DNA of 64,000 bases, from the sequence record NC_061451.1; one strand, 5' to 3'. Below are positions 54,990 through 63,946 of this stretch, one piece after another. The notes beneath the pieces were generated by a model. It saw only the letters and a list, made by a program, of their open reading frames with translations, was not told the origin of the DNA and did no database searches. The translations under genes were made by a program, and so were the position numbers. Positions within the stretch are counted from its first letter, which is position 1. Every line of letters begins with the position of its first letter.

Positions 54990-57014
54990 ATGGCGAAAAC
55001 GCCTAAAGCCGCAAAAGTCAAAAAGGGTGACGGCTCCCAAGATGGCTTCACTATCGCAGAAGGCCTCGACGGTATAAGATTGAATCCCGGCATGTACATG
55101 GGTCAACAGGGCGCGGACATGGCGTATCGCGCTGTGAAAGAACCTGTGGACAATGACTACGATGAATACATCGCAGGTCGTAACAAGTTGATCGAAGTGG
55201 TCATTGATTACGATAGCGACCTGAACATCGTAGCTGACCAAGCAGGCGGCATTCCTACCGACTTCAAGAAACTGAAAGACGGTACGAAAGAAACGATCAT
55301 GACCGCAGCGTTTAGCCGTGTTCATGCGGGTGGTAAATTCAACGATCAGGCATATAAGACCTCTGCTGGTACACACGGTGTAGGTGTAGCTGCACTGAAC
55401 GCAATCTCCAGTCAGTTGCGTGTGTGGTCAATGTACAAAGGCAGTTGCGCTTATCAGATGTGGCAATGCGGCGAAGTCAAGTCTGGCAAAGACCCTAAGA
55501 AAGTCAAGACCATCGACAAAGACGTTATGAGCCTGTTGCGCGATAAGAAGCACAGCAAGTACGGTACTGTGGTAGCGTGGACGCTTGACCAGACCGTTGT
55601 GTCTGCTGATGCACAGCGTGGTAAGAAGCTGCCTAAGAACTACCGTCACGCTGCTCCTAATCCAGCTCAGCTTGGCGAGTGGCTGCGTAACATGTCAATG
55701 CTCAACCCAGGCCTTGAGATTCGCCTGACGTTGATCAAGAAGGGCAAGCGCAAAGAGTTCACGTTCATCAACAAGAAAGACCTGAACTATGTTGTGAAGA
55801 CTATGTGTGAAGAACGCGAGCTGGGTACTGTCGGCAAGCCGTTCATCTTCAAGTCTGACAATATCACGGCTGCGCTCGTCTGGACAGATCATGCAGACAC
55901 CGACAACTTCCTCAGTTTCGTTAACACCAGCCCAACAGTTGACGGCGGGTGGCATGTAGTAGGTTTCCGTGATGCTCTGTTTGATGCAATCAAGCCGTTC
56001 ATGAAAGAACCGAAAGGTAAGGGCAAGAAAAAGCAGGGCTTCAAACAAGAAGACTTGTTGATTGGCCTGACCGGTATGTTCGACTGGCGTATGCACGGTG
56101 CTCAATACACCTCGCAGGTAAAAGACAAGCTGGCCAGCCGCGTCGAGAAAGACGTGTACGAAATGCTGAAAGATGCTTTCGTGAAATACTTCAAGGACAA
56201 TAAGAAGGTCGCTACGACAATCATCAAACGTGCCGAAGCGATGAACAAGGGACGTGAAGAACTCAGCGCTGTCGTTAAGTCTATGGCTGACACGAAGAAG
56301 AAGCTGAAAGGTAACGCACTGCCTGCCGACCTCGTTGTCGCAAACAAGTGTAAGCCGCATGAGCGCGAGCTTGTCGTGGTGGAAGGGGATTCTGCTGGTG
56401 GTACTGCGAAAGATGCGCGTAACCCTGACTATCAGGAAGTTATGAAAGCTGGTGGTAAGCCGCTGAACGGTCTGAAAGCAAGTCTGGCTGACGTGCTCAA
56501 GCACAAAGAAGTGCAGGGTATGCTGGTGAGTATCGGTGCTGACCTGAAATCACTTGACCCGAAAGCAGAAGCGCCAAAGTTGAGCACGAAGAATCTGCGT
56601 ATCGGCAACATCCTGTTCCTTGCTGATGCTGACCCCGATGGCTTCCACATCAACGTGCTGTTCCTCGGCGTTATCTATCGCTTGCTGCCTGACTTGATGA
56701 AAGAAGGCCGTGTGTGGATTGTTGATGCACCGCTGTACAACGTTATTCATCAAGGCAAACACTACGGTGGTATGACGTTTGAAGAATGCCGTGCTAAAGC
56801 GCCGTCTGCTGTAAAAGACAAAGACATTGTACGCGCCAAAGGTTGGGGTGAAGTTGAACCTGACGTGCTTGAAGCAATCGCGTTCAATCCGAAAACTCGT
56901 CGTCTCATTCGTGTTAACCCGTTTGAGAACGTCGAGCAGGAACGTTTCTTTAGAGGTGTAGTTGCAGAAGATGCAGTTCACCGTCGTCGCTTGCTCGGTC
57001 TGGAGGCAGCATGA
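54990..57014 (+). CDS. gyrB: Type IIA DNA topoisomerase B subunit (GyrB/ParE-like: GHKL ATPase plus TOPRIM)
   Basis: IRLNPGMY, EPVDN..DE, HAGGKF, GTHGVGV, VEGDSA, DADPDG.HI, KGWGE; ATG 54990 after AGGAG. Confidence 0.92.
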   Translation: MAKTPKAAKVKKGDGSQDGFTIAEGLDGIRLNPGMYMGQQGADMAYRAVKEPVDNDYDEYIAGRNKLIEVVIDYDSDLNIVADQAGGIPTDFKKLKDGTKETIMTAAFSRVHAGGKFNDQAYKTSAGTHGVGVAALNAISSQLRVWSMYKGSCAYQMWQCGEVKSGKDPKKVKTIDKDVMSLLRDKKHSKYGTVVAWTLDQTVVSADAQRGKKLPKNYRHAAPNPAQLGEWLRNMSMLNPGLEIRLTLIKKGKRKEFTFINKKDLNYVVKTMCEERELGTVGKPFIFKSDNITAALVWTDHADTDNFLSFVNTSPTVDGGWHVVGFRDALFDAIKPFMKEPKGKGKKKQGFKQEDLLIGLTGMFDWRMHGAQYTSQVKDKLASRVEKDVYEMLKDAFVKYFKDNKKVATTIIKRAEAMNKGREELSAVVKSMADTKKKLKGNALPADLVVANKCKPHERELVVVEGDSAGGTAKDARNPDYQEVMKAGGKPLNGLKASLADVLKHKEVQGMLVSIGADLKSLDPKAEAPKLSTKNLRIGNILFLADADPDGFHINVLFLGVIYRLLPDLMKEGRVWIVDAPLYNVIHQGKHYGGMTFEECRAKAPSAVKDKDIVRAKGWGEVEPDVLEAIAFNPKTRRLIRVNPFENVEQERFFRGVVAEDAVHRRRLLGLEAA

Positions 57015-57268
57015 TGTTCAACAACGCAAAATGGTCTGACGGTACGATGCTACGTTTTCTCGATATGCCTGACGTCCAGCATCCGCCAATGACCGAAGAA
57101 CAACACAAGCAGTATGAGGCGTTAATGGCAAAAGGTCGTGAGTTGTCGAAAAACGTTACTGTATCTGCATTCAGTGTAGTTGACGGTAAGCCTGCTAAGC
57201 GTGTGCAGGTGCAGATGAGTCGCACAACTCTCGATAAGATTAATGCGATGCACTCAGGAGATCAGTAA
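57011..57268 (+). CDS. Small protein, paralogue of 57268..57507
   Basis: FLDMPDVQHPPMTEEQH. Confidence 0.65.
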   Translation: MMFNNAKWSDGTMLRFLDMPDVQHPPMTEEQHKQYEALMAKGRELSKNVTVSAFSVVDGKPAKRVQVQMSRTTLDKINAMHSGDQ

Positions 57269-57507
57269 TGCTCAAGGGTAAGAAAGTCAACCAAGCACCG
57301 TCGCGTGCTGCACGAATCTTTCCTGTAGTCGCTGGTACAGAGCACTGGCATATCCCGTTGTTCGATATGCCTGACATTCACATCAATATGAGCGAGGAGC
57401 AGAAAGCTCGTCTTGATTCTGCTATGGCTAACGTCAAGCAACACATTAAAGATAGCCCGTACAACGGGAAGCGATTCTTTACTATGCCTGGAGATGCTCA
57501 TGAATAA
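57268..57507 (+). CDS. Small protein, paralogue of 57011..57268
   Basis: LFDMPDIHINMSEEQK. Confidence 0.65.
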   Translation: MLKGKKVNQAPSRAARIFPVVAGTEHWHIPLFDMPDIHINMSEEQKARLDSAMANVKQHIKDSPYNGKRFFTMPGDAHE

Positions 57508-57739
57508 GTTCCAGCGTCACATTAAATCTCTGCCCGAATCTGGTGCCAGCTTTCAGCAAGCAGCACCGCTCGGCCGTACTGTCGTAACACATTCAGCGGG
57601 TATCACACGCGGTGTAACTCGCATGGCTTATCCTCAGTTGCAGCAAATCCCGCGCAACTTATCGGGCCTGAATGATGTGAACGTTCGTCGCATCGATATT
57701 AACTTGGATGAAAACGTTTTCATCCAGACGCATTCGTAA
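57500..57739 (+). CDS. Small hypothetical protein
   Basis: ATG 57500 after GGAG. Confidence 0.55.
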   Translation: MNKFQRHIKSLPESGASFQQAAPLGRTVVTHSAGITRGVTRMAYPQLQQIPRNLSGLNDVNVRRIDINLDENVFIQTHS

Positions 57740-57748
57740 GAGGCTGGC

Positions 57749-59410
57749 ATGCCAATCAAACCTAAGAAAGTCAAAGCGGCCAAAGCAGTTAAGCCTGCTA
57801 AAGCGACCGCCGTTGCAAAGCCACTTAAAGTCAAAGTGAAGTCGAAAGCCGTTTCTGTCGATGACATTAAGACGAAGAAAAAGTCGAAAGAAGTCGCCAC
57901 AGTGCAGACAGGCGCATCGCTCTATCCGATGATTGGTCAAGACGAATCGAACATTCGTGATCAGGGCCTCGCAGATTACACACGCCACGCGCTGGGTGTG
58001 TACGGTTCTTACGTTGTTGAAGACCGTGCTATCGCTGACTATCGTGATGGCCTCAAGCCTGTGCACCGTGCGCTGCTGTGGTCGTTGTCTGATCTTAACT
58101 TGCGTCCTGGCGGTGCGTTCAAGAAGTCTGCGCGTACTGTTGGTGACACGATTGGTAAGTATCACCCGCACGGCGATGCAGCCTGCTACGGCGCAATGGT
58201 AACGATTGCAAACACAGTGCCCCCAGCTGTTGCGGGTTCTGGTAACTGGGGTAGCCCTGTTGACCCTGCTGCTGCGATGCGTTATACCGAAGCGAAGATG
58301 AGTAAGTTCACGGGCACGTTCTTGCTCGACTCTGATTACTTAGAAGTTGTGCCGCGTGTGCCTAACTTCTCAAACGATCTTGAGCTGCCGCTTTACTTGC
58401 CTGCTCTGTTGCCGTACATGTTGTTCAATGGCTCTGTGCCTGCACCAGCGTACGGCGTTAAGTGTGGCAACCCGTCATTCAGCTTCACGTCCGTATCTAA
58501 AGTCGTGTGTGAGATGCTGAGCGGCAAAGAGTACACAGCGAAGACGCTGGCGAAGACGCTTGAGATTCGCCATGAGTTCGGCTGTATCGACGTTAGCTCT
58601 GACGAAGATATGTACCAGCTTATCTCAACAGGCCGTGGCAAAGTCACATACGAACCGCTGATTAAGATCGATGAGAAGTCGAAGACCATCACGATTCAAA
58701 CGTATGTGCCTGCTGGCATGTCCAATACTGCGGGTATCACTAAGAAGCTGGAGAAGATTTCTGAGTGGCCAGGCATTAGCTCCGCAGCAAACGCCAGTGG
58801 CAAGAAGAACAAGAACGCAGGTCCTTACGGTGCAGCGTTTGAGTTCCGCGTACGTGGTAGTGAAGACCAGTTGTACGAACTCGCCTCACGCATTCAGAAG
58901 GAAGTGACTGCTGGCGTCAACTACAATCTGGGCGTTACGATTCGTCGCGCCGATAAGCCGAACACCTTCAAGTATCTGAACTATCTGGATTACTTCAAGG
59001 CGTGGGTAGCGTATCGTATCAAACTCGAAACAGCCATGCTGAACAACAAGCTGGCCAAAGCAGAGAAAGCCCTGCACTTGCAGCAAGTTTATCTGTGGGC
59101 AGTTGACAACATGAAGCAACTGCTGGCAGCCTTGCCTAAAGTGTTAGTCGCAGAAGATCCAGACAAAGCGCTGGCCAAAGCGTGCAAGATTCCAGTTGAA
59201 GATGCGAAGATCATCCTCGACCGTCAAGTGCGTAAGCTCGCCAAGCTGGAACGTGGTGGTCTGATTGCCAAAATCAAAGACATTAAGGAAGAGATTGCTG
59301 GATATAAGGCAGGCTTGAAAGCGCCAGGCAAATATGCAGCACAGAGCACGGCTGCTAAAGTCAAAGCGTACATCAAATCACCTGATGATAAGCTGCCCGT
59401 AAGTCTTTGA
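57749..59410 (+). CDS. gyrA: Type IIA DNA topoisomerase A subunit (GyrA/ParC-like, no C-terminal pinwheel)
   Basis: RAIADYRDGLKPVHR, KSARTVG, KYHPHGD, AAMRYTE (catalytic Tyr). Confidence 0.92.
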   Translation: MPIKPKKVKAAKAVKPAKATAVAKPLKVKVKSKAVSVDDIKTKKKSKEVATVQTGASLYPMIGQDESNIRDQGLADYTRHALGVYGSYVVEDRAIADYRDGLKPVHRALLWSLSDLNLRPGGAFKKSARTVGDTIGKYHPHGDAACYGAMVTIANTVPPAVAGSGNWGSPVDPAAAMRYTEAKMSKFTGTFLLDSDYLEVVPRVPNFSNDLELPLYLPALLPYMLFNGSVPAPAYGVKCGNPSFSFTSVSKVVCEMLSGKEYTAKTLAKTLEIRHEFGCIDVSSDEDMYQLISTGRGKVTYEPLIKIDEKSKTITIQTYVPAGMSNTAGITKKLEKISEWPGISSAANASGKKNKNAGPYGAAFEFRVRGSEDQLYELASRIQKEVTAGVNYNLGVTIRRADKPNTFKYLNYLDYFKAWVAYRIKLETAMLNNKLAKAEKALHLQQVYLWAVDNMKQLLAALPKVLVAEDPDKALAKACKIPVEDAKIILDRQVRKLAKLERGGLIAKIKDIKEEIAGYKAGLKAPGKYAAQSTAAKVKAYIKSPDDKLPVSL

Positions 59411-59439
59411 AAATCTGTAAATAGACTATGATAAACTCT

Positions 59440-59491
59440 GCACTAAGTTGGACAGAAGCCGCTTGAGATTATTCTTAGTCTATGATATACT
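59440..59491 (+). promoter_or_regulatory. Bipartite phage promoter copy 13
   Basis: GCACTAAGTTGGACAGAAG; TGaTATACT, -10 at 59486; 31-nt spacing. Confidence 0.7.
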
Positions 59492-59765
59492 GGTACTGTT
59501 GATTGCAGACATTCTGACGAGGGTTTTCTGCAATCATGCCAGAAAGAGGAGGGTAGCGTATATAAGCAAAAGACGTAGCATAAAGTTGGGATGAAAATTC
59601 GAGCCGAAAAGGCCGGACGCTGTTTCAAGATTGACCTCTGAAACGGCAAATATTATAATCGACCTACAGAATACTAATATGTAGTTGCAGCACATTAGTT
59701 TCGACGTGTCGCTAGGGCCAAGAGTACGGTCCTCAACTCTTTTATGAGAAGTTTGGAATCCGCAA

Positions 59766-61040
59766 ATGAAAAATCAGGTACACAACCTCAAAGCTGGTTT
59801 GAACGTAGTTGTCACCTCACTGACGGAACTGCGTTCTGGAAAAAACATGAAGCGCCAGCATGTTGTTGAAGTATTAGGTCAGCCGTCTTCCGTTTTGACT
59901 GACCTCACAAAGGCATTGAAAAGTAATACCTTCAAGTCATATCCTGATGTACTCCAGTTGCGCGACTCAGTTCGTGCGACAAGCACTACCTGTCTTAACC
60001 TGTTAGAGCAAGTGGTATCACGCCGTATCAAGCCACGCGATCTGATGGAAAAACTTGGTGAAGTTGTGAAGTCGTTTGAAGCCGACGTTAAGCTGGCTGA
60101 TTCGACCCTCGGGTATCTGCCTGAATCTCGTAAGACTCTCTCGCTCGATGACGTTGAGCGCGATGCTGATGGTAAGCTGAATCTCAAATCCTTGAATGCG
60201 GTCAGTGAAAAGATCTATGAGCAAGAGACGAACGATAAGGCGATACGCAGAGAGCAACGCGAAGACGCAGCGACAGTAAAGACCAGTCGTGTGCTCCAGC
60301 GGCTCAAAGAGTCGTATGCTCACAAAGTCCCAAGAACGTTCAATAAAGCCATTCAAATAATCCAATTGCCTGTGATGGCACGATTCGGTACGCTCGCTAT
60401 GAGTCCTGAGTCGCTGTCTAAGATGGGATTCAAAATTCAAACTGCTGGTCTGCACTCCACCCCGAGTTCTGACTTAGGTATTGTCTTTGAAAACCAGTTG
60501 CTGCTTTTCTTCCGTATGTCTGATGCTAAAGGCGTTGCAGAAGAAGCTGCAAAGAAACACAAGGACCTCGATGGAACTCTCGTAGAACGCAAACGCCTCC
60601 AGAAAGAAAGAAACGCAGAACGCCGCGACATTAAAAAGCTCAATCAGCTTTTGGCGGAAAACAAGTCACTCGTAGCCAAGCGCAAAATCCGTGAACAAAT
60701 TGCGGAAGCACAAGGCAACGTTGACGACATTACTGCGACTCTTGATGACATGGACCAAAAGGTGCGCTCATCGAACTCCAAAGAGCGTGTGTATCGTCAG
60801 ATGAAAACATCAAGCGATCACGCGATGCTGGATTACCTTAACCCTATCGTCGATATGCTCAACGAGAAAAGCAGTTCAACTCTCGGTCTGTTTACTACCA
60901 TGCCGTTACGCGGTGTCATGAAAGACGCTGACGTGCATTGCGCATGGCTCATGGAACAATCAGCTATTCGACTTCTGTTGCGCCACTGTGGCGGTGACGT
61001 GAAGTTGCAGAACTGGTTCTTGCCGTGGACTAATGGCTAA
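59766..61040 (+). CDS. Coiled-coil-rich hypothetical protein
   Basis: 424 aa with charged heptad segments. Confidence 0.8.
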   Translation: MKNQVHNLKAGLNVVVTSLTELRSGKNMKRQHVVEVLGQPSSVLTDLTKALKSNTFKSYPDVLQLRDSVRATSTTCLNLLEQVVSRRIKPRDLMEKLGEVVKSFEADVKLADSTLGYLPESRKTLSLDDVERDADGKLNLKSLNAVSEKIYEQETNDKAIRREQREDAATVKTSRVLQRLKESYAHKVPRTFNKAIQIIQLPVMARFGTLAMSPESLSKMGFKIQTAGLHSTPSSDLGIVFENQLLLFFRMSDAKGVAEEAAKKHKDLDGTLVERKRLQKERNAERRDIKKLNQLLAENKSLVAKRKIREQIAEAQGNVDDITATLDDMDQKVRSSNSKERVYRQMKTSSDHAMLDYLNPIVDMLNEKSSSTLGLFTTMPLRGVMKDADVHCAWLMEQSAIRLLLRHCGGDVKLQNWFLPWTNG

Positions 61041-61572
61041 CGAAAATCGTTTACCAGCGGAAACAAAAGGTGCGTTAACACGGTGTATCATCTGCGGTCA
61101 GTTCAGTCGCGCGATTCACTACCACCATACTGTTCCCCGCTCACTGGGAGGCGAGCACTCGCTCCAAATCCCAATAGACGGTAACTGCCACACAACGCTC
61201 CATGCGAAAGCAGAAGCTGTGGTAGCGCGTTTGGCCGGTAACCGTAAACAACCAATTGGTCAGTTCTGGGACGACCCAGATGCTGAACAACGAGCTGAAA
61301 TGTGGCTAACGATTCTGGTAGATGCAATGCTTAATCCTCCAGTGCAGCCCGGACAGAAAGAAGTCCTGTTGCCGATGATTAAGGTTGATTTAGAAACCAG
61401 ACATGCGTTAGAATTGTTGAAGCGTGACACACCAGGCATAACAAACATGGGCCAAGTGTTGCGCTACTGTATTGAGACAACGTTAAAGGTTAAGGGGTTA
61501 AAAAATGGCAAATCAGAAAATCCGCACTCTGGACATCAAAGCACTCGTAAAAAGCGAGATGACCTGTGGTGA
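61033..61572 (+). CDS. HNH-motif protein with possible C-terminal RHH
   Basis: CIIC...HHTVPRSLGG...NCHTTLH; MIKVDLETRHALELLK...MGQVLRYCIE. Confidence 0.75.
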   Translation: MANENRLPAETKGALTRCIICGQFSRAIHYHHTVPRSLGGEHSLQIPIDGNCHTTLHAKAEAVVARLAGNRKQPIGQFWDDPDAEQRAEMWLTILVDAMLNPPVQPGQKEVLLPMIKVDLETRHALELLKRDTPGITNMGQVLRYCIETTLKVKGLKNGKSENPHSGHQSTRKKRDDLW

Positions 61573-62368
61573 TTGCAGAGGGTTGACGCGGGATGCGTTA
61601 TTACCTACAGCGGAAAAACCGTGTGCTACTCAAGGGCAGTTGCCAGATGCTAAGATCTGCAAACACTATCGCCCTGACAGCGCATCACTGACTACCTTAA
61701 TGTCTGAGAATGGCGATTCATTGATCGCTATGTTCAACACAGTAAAAGACTTTAGCACCAAAGACTTGCACGTTGTTGCTGGTCTGTTGTTACGTGAAGC
61801 GAAGACACGTAGCTACGGTGTGCGCATAGGTCAAGCTGTGTTCGTGCGCTATCAAGGCCGCGAGACGCGCAACTATCTCAACAACTTTATGGCAGCGCGT
61901 GTGCTTGACGTTGACGACGAAACGATTCGCCTTATTTCCGAGAAGGGTGACATTGTTCTGACTTACGCCAACACAGGGTTCTCTGGACCGTCTGTCTATT
62001 CTAAACAGCAATTCACCAAACTGCGCAAGGAGATGAAAGCCAGTGGTAAGTTGATCGATCCTGAACGTCAGATCAAGACTACGAAACGCATGTTACCTAT
62101 GGAAGACAATGTTAGCTTCTCCGCACCAAGCTCGCTCGATGGCTTCTCAATCCCGATGATGGATGAAGTTGTCAAAGGCCGTGGTGCTAAGCGTAAGGGC
62201 AAGAAGACCAACACGCTGGTGGACATTGTGAGCATGATCGATAACGGTTATGACATGGGTGCAGAGCAAGACGAGTCTGGTGTTATGTCGCTGGGCAGCA
62301 ACAGCTACAAAAACAAAGGCAAGCGCATTCAGAAGGGCGCTGTCGAACTGTCTGACCTCGAAGGTTAA
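61505..62368 (+). CDS. Protein with N-terminal Cys4 metal-binding motif
   Basis: CGDC...C...C, then a beta-rich segment GQAVFVRY...ARVLDVD. Confidence 0.7.
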   Translation: MANQKIRTLDIKALVKSEMTCGDCRGLTRDALLPTAEKPCATQGQLPDAKICKHYRPDSASLTTLMSENGDSLIAMFNTVKDFSTKDLHVVAGLLLREAKTRSYGVRIGQAVFVRYQGRETRNYLNNFMAARVLDVDDETIRLISEKGDIVLTYANTGFSGPSVYSKQQFTKLRKEMKASGKLIDPERQIKTTKRMLPMEDNVSFSAPSSLDGFSIPMMDEVVKGRGAKRKGKKTNTLVDIVSMIDNGYDMGAEQDESGVMSLGSNSYKNKGKRIQKGAVELSDLEG

Positions 62369-62409
62369 TCTGAACAATTCTACCATAATATACGATTAGG
62401 ATCTCGGAA

Positions 62410-63549
62410 ATGATCACAGAAGAAATCACTCTTAATGCTTACCTCTCACAGCGTCTGAACCTCGAAGAAGATTCAGAGCAATTCCGCCGAGTATACGCAG
62501 CCACGATCAAATATATTGGCAGCGGTTATAAGTCTATCGCAGGTTATCATCGTGACCTGCAATCCGAAGTAGATTTTAAGCAATTTGAGTTCACAGCGCC
62601 AGACTTGCGTATTGATATTTCTTCCATATGTCGTTTTACTCTCAAGCTGCGTTTCTTCGTGCTGGCTGTATGCTTGCACAAGGACCCAAAAGAGATTGTT
62701 CAAAAGTATGCAGCGTATGGTCTCTCCAAGCGTGAGGCCGTGCTTGCATGGAATACATTGTTGAAAGAAGTCGCATCCCGCACACAGATTCGTCGTATGG
62801 CCAAACAGAAGTCCAAGACTAAGGGCGGCCTTGATGTTACGATGGTTAGTAGTCGTGAGCTTCGTCTTCGCCTTGACCAGACAGCCAGCCTGTTTGCTGA
62901 ATTGCATCGCAGTGCGAAGCGTCTGGTCAGAAAGAATCTTATGTGGGTGAGCAAGAGCGAGAACATCCCTCTGCCAGATCTGACCTGTGACATTATGTGC
63001 AAGGTGCTGTTGTCGTATTATCAGTCGCTGCCTAATCGTTTCTCAGAAGCCCACCAGCTCAACTACCTGCGTGCGTCTCTGAACAACCGCATCAACAACA
63101 TGAACAACTACTACAGTGCAGACTGCCGCAAGCGTATGCACAAAGTGGGCGAAGACAAGTATGAGATTCTTGTTATGTCTGACAATCAGATGTGGCATAA
63201 TCCAGAAGATGATTCGTCTGCCTCGTATGAGGACCTGTTGGCTTCTGATGCGCGTGTTCATACCGAAGAGATGGAAAACAATCTGACTATTAATCGCCTT
63301 CTTGAGGAAGCTGAAGGCACTAAGCGCCACAAGCTGTACAGTACGGTGTTGGGCCGAGACTGTGCCGAGTTCACTGAGTATCTCCGTGACAACGGTATGC
63401 TCAAACAGACAATGACGTGTGCGACTCAATGGTTCATGGCCAAGCCCTACAAGTTCATTCGTAAGCATCTTGCGCAATGGCTTGAAGTGGCAGTTGAGAC
63501 GGTTAACGCCGGTCTGGTAACATTACGTGGTTCTTTGCAGGCAGCATGA
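62410..63549 (+). CDS. Putative divergent RNA polymerase sigma-factor-like protein
   Basis: LHRSAKRLVRK...PDLTCDIMCKVLLSYY...NYLRASLNNRINN resembles sigma70 region 2; no definitive motif. Confidence 0.5.
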   Translation: MITEEITLNAYLSQRLNLEEDSEQFRRVYAATIKYIGSGYKSIAGYHRDLQSEVDFKQFEFTAPDLRIDISSICRFTLKLRFFVLAVCLHKDPKEIVQKYAAYGLSKREAVLAWNTLLKEVASRTQIRRMAKQKSKTKGGLDVTMVSSRELRLRLDQTASLFAELHRSAKRLVRKNLMWVSKSENIPLPDLTCDIMCKVLLSYYQSLPNRFSEAHQLNYLRASLNNRINNMNNYYSADCRKRMHKVGEDKYEILVMSDNQMWHNPEDDSSASYEDLLASDARVHTEEMENNLTINRLLEEAEGTKRHKLYSTVLGRDCAEFTEYLRDNGMLKQTMTCATQWFMAKPYKFIRKHLAQWLEVAVETVNAGLVTLRGSLQAA

Positions 63550-63938
63550 GAGGTCACCAATTAGATATGCAGCAGTCAATCATCAACACTGATTTGGAGC
63601 GCTCAGCTTTCGCTCTGTTCAGCCGTTCTCAGTTAGCTGAGGACTATAAGCGTACCGTATTGTATCTCGTGTATAAGACTGTAAATCGTAATGGCATGAT
63701 GCAGGTTAATCGCCTCATCTATGAACTCGGTCAGAAGTATGAACTCAACCGCGAAGATGTTAAGTCAGCTATCGGTGCGCTCAAAGCTCCGTTCGCGTTT
63801 AACGCGCTGTCTGTGTTCGTGCCTCGTGCCGACGTTAAAACAAATCGAGTGTGTCGTACTAGCTCTAACCCTGCGATTGATAATTGGTTAGCAGAAGTAG
63901 AGCACAATTTCCCACACATCAGTCGTATGTTGCAGTAG
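63546..63938 (+). CDS. Hypothetical protein (possible winged helix)
   Basis: ATGA coupling; helix pattern NRLIYELGQKYELNREDVKSAIGAL. Confidence 0.65.
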   Translation: MRGHQLDMQQSIINTDLERSAFALFSRSQLAEDYKRTVLYLVYKTVNRNGMMQVNRLIYELGQKYELNREDVKSAIGALKAPFAFNALSVFVPRADVKTNRVCRTSSNPAIDNWLAEVEHNFPHISRMLQ

Positions 63939-63946
63939 GGGCGCAG

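Noticed and set aside
54990-59410. Bacterial chromosomal gyrB/gyrA locus
   Set aside because: No dnaA/dnaN/recF context; short CTD-less A subunit; surrounded by phage-type small ORFs, so the window is phage
59514-59546. CTGACGA...GAAA as a hammerhead ribozyme core
   Set aside because: No stem II closing pair before GAAA and no matching stem I/III with a cleavage triplet could be built
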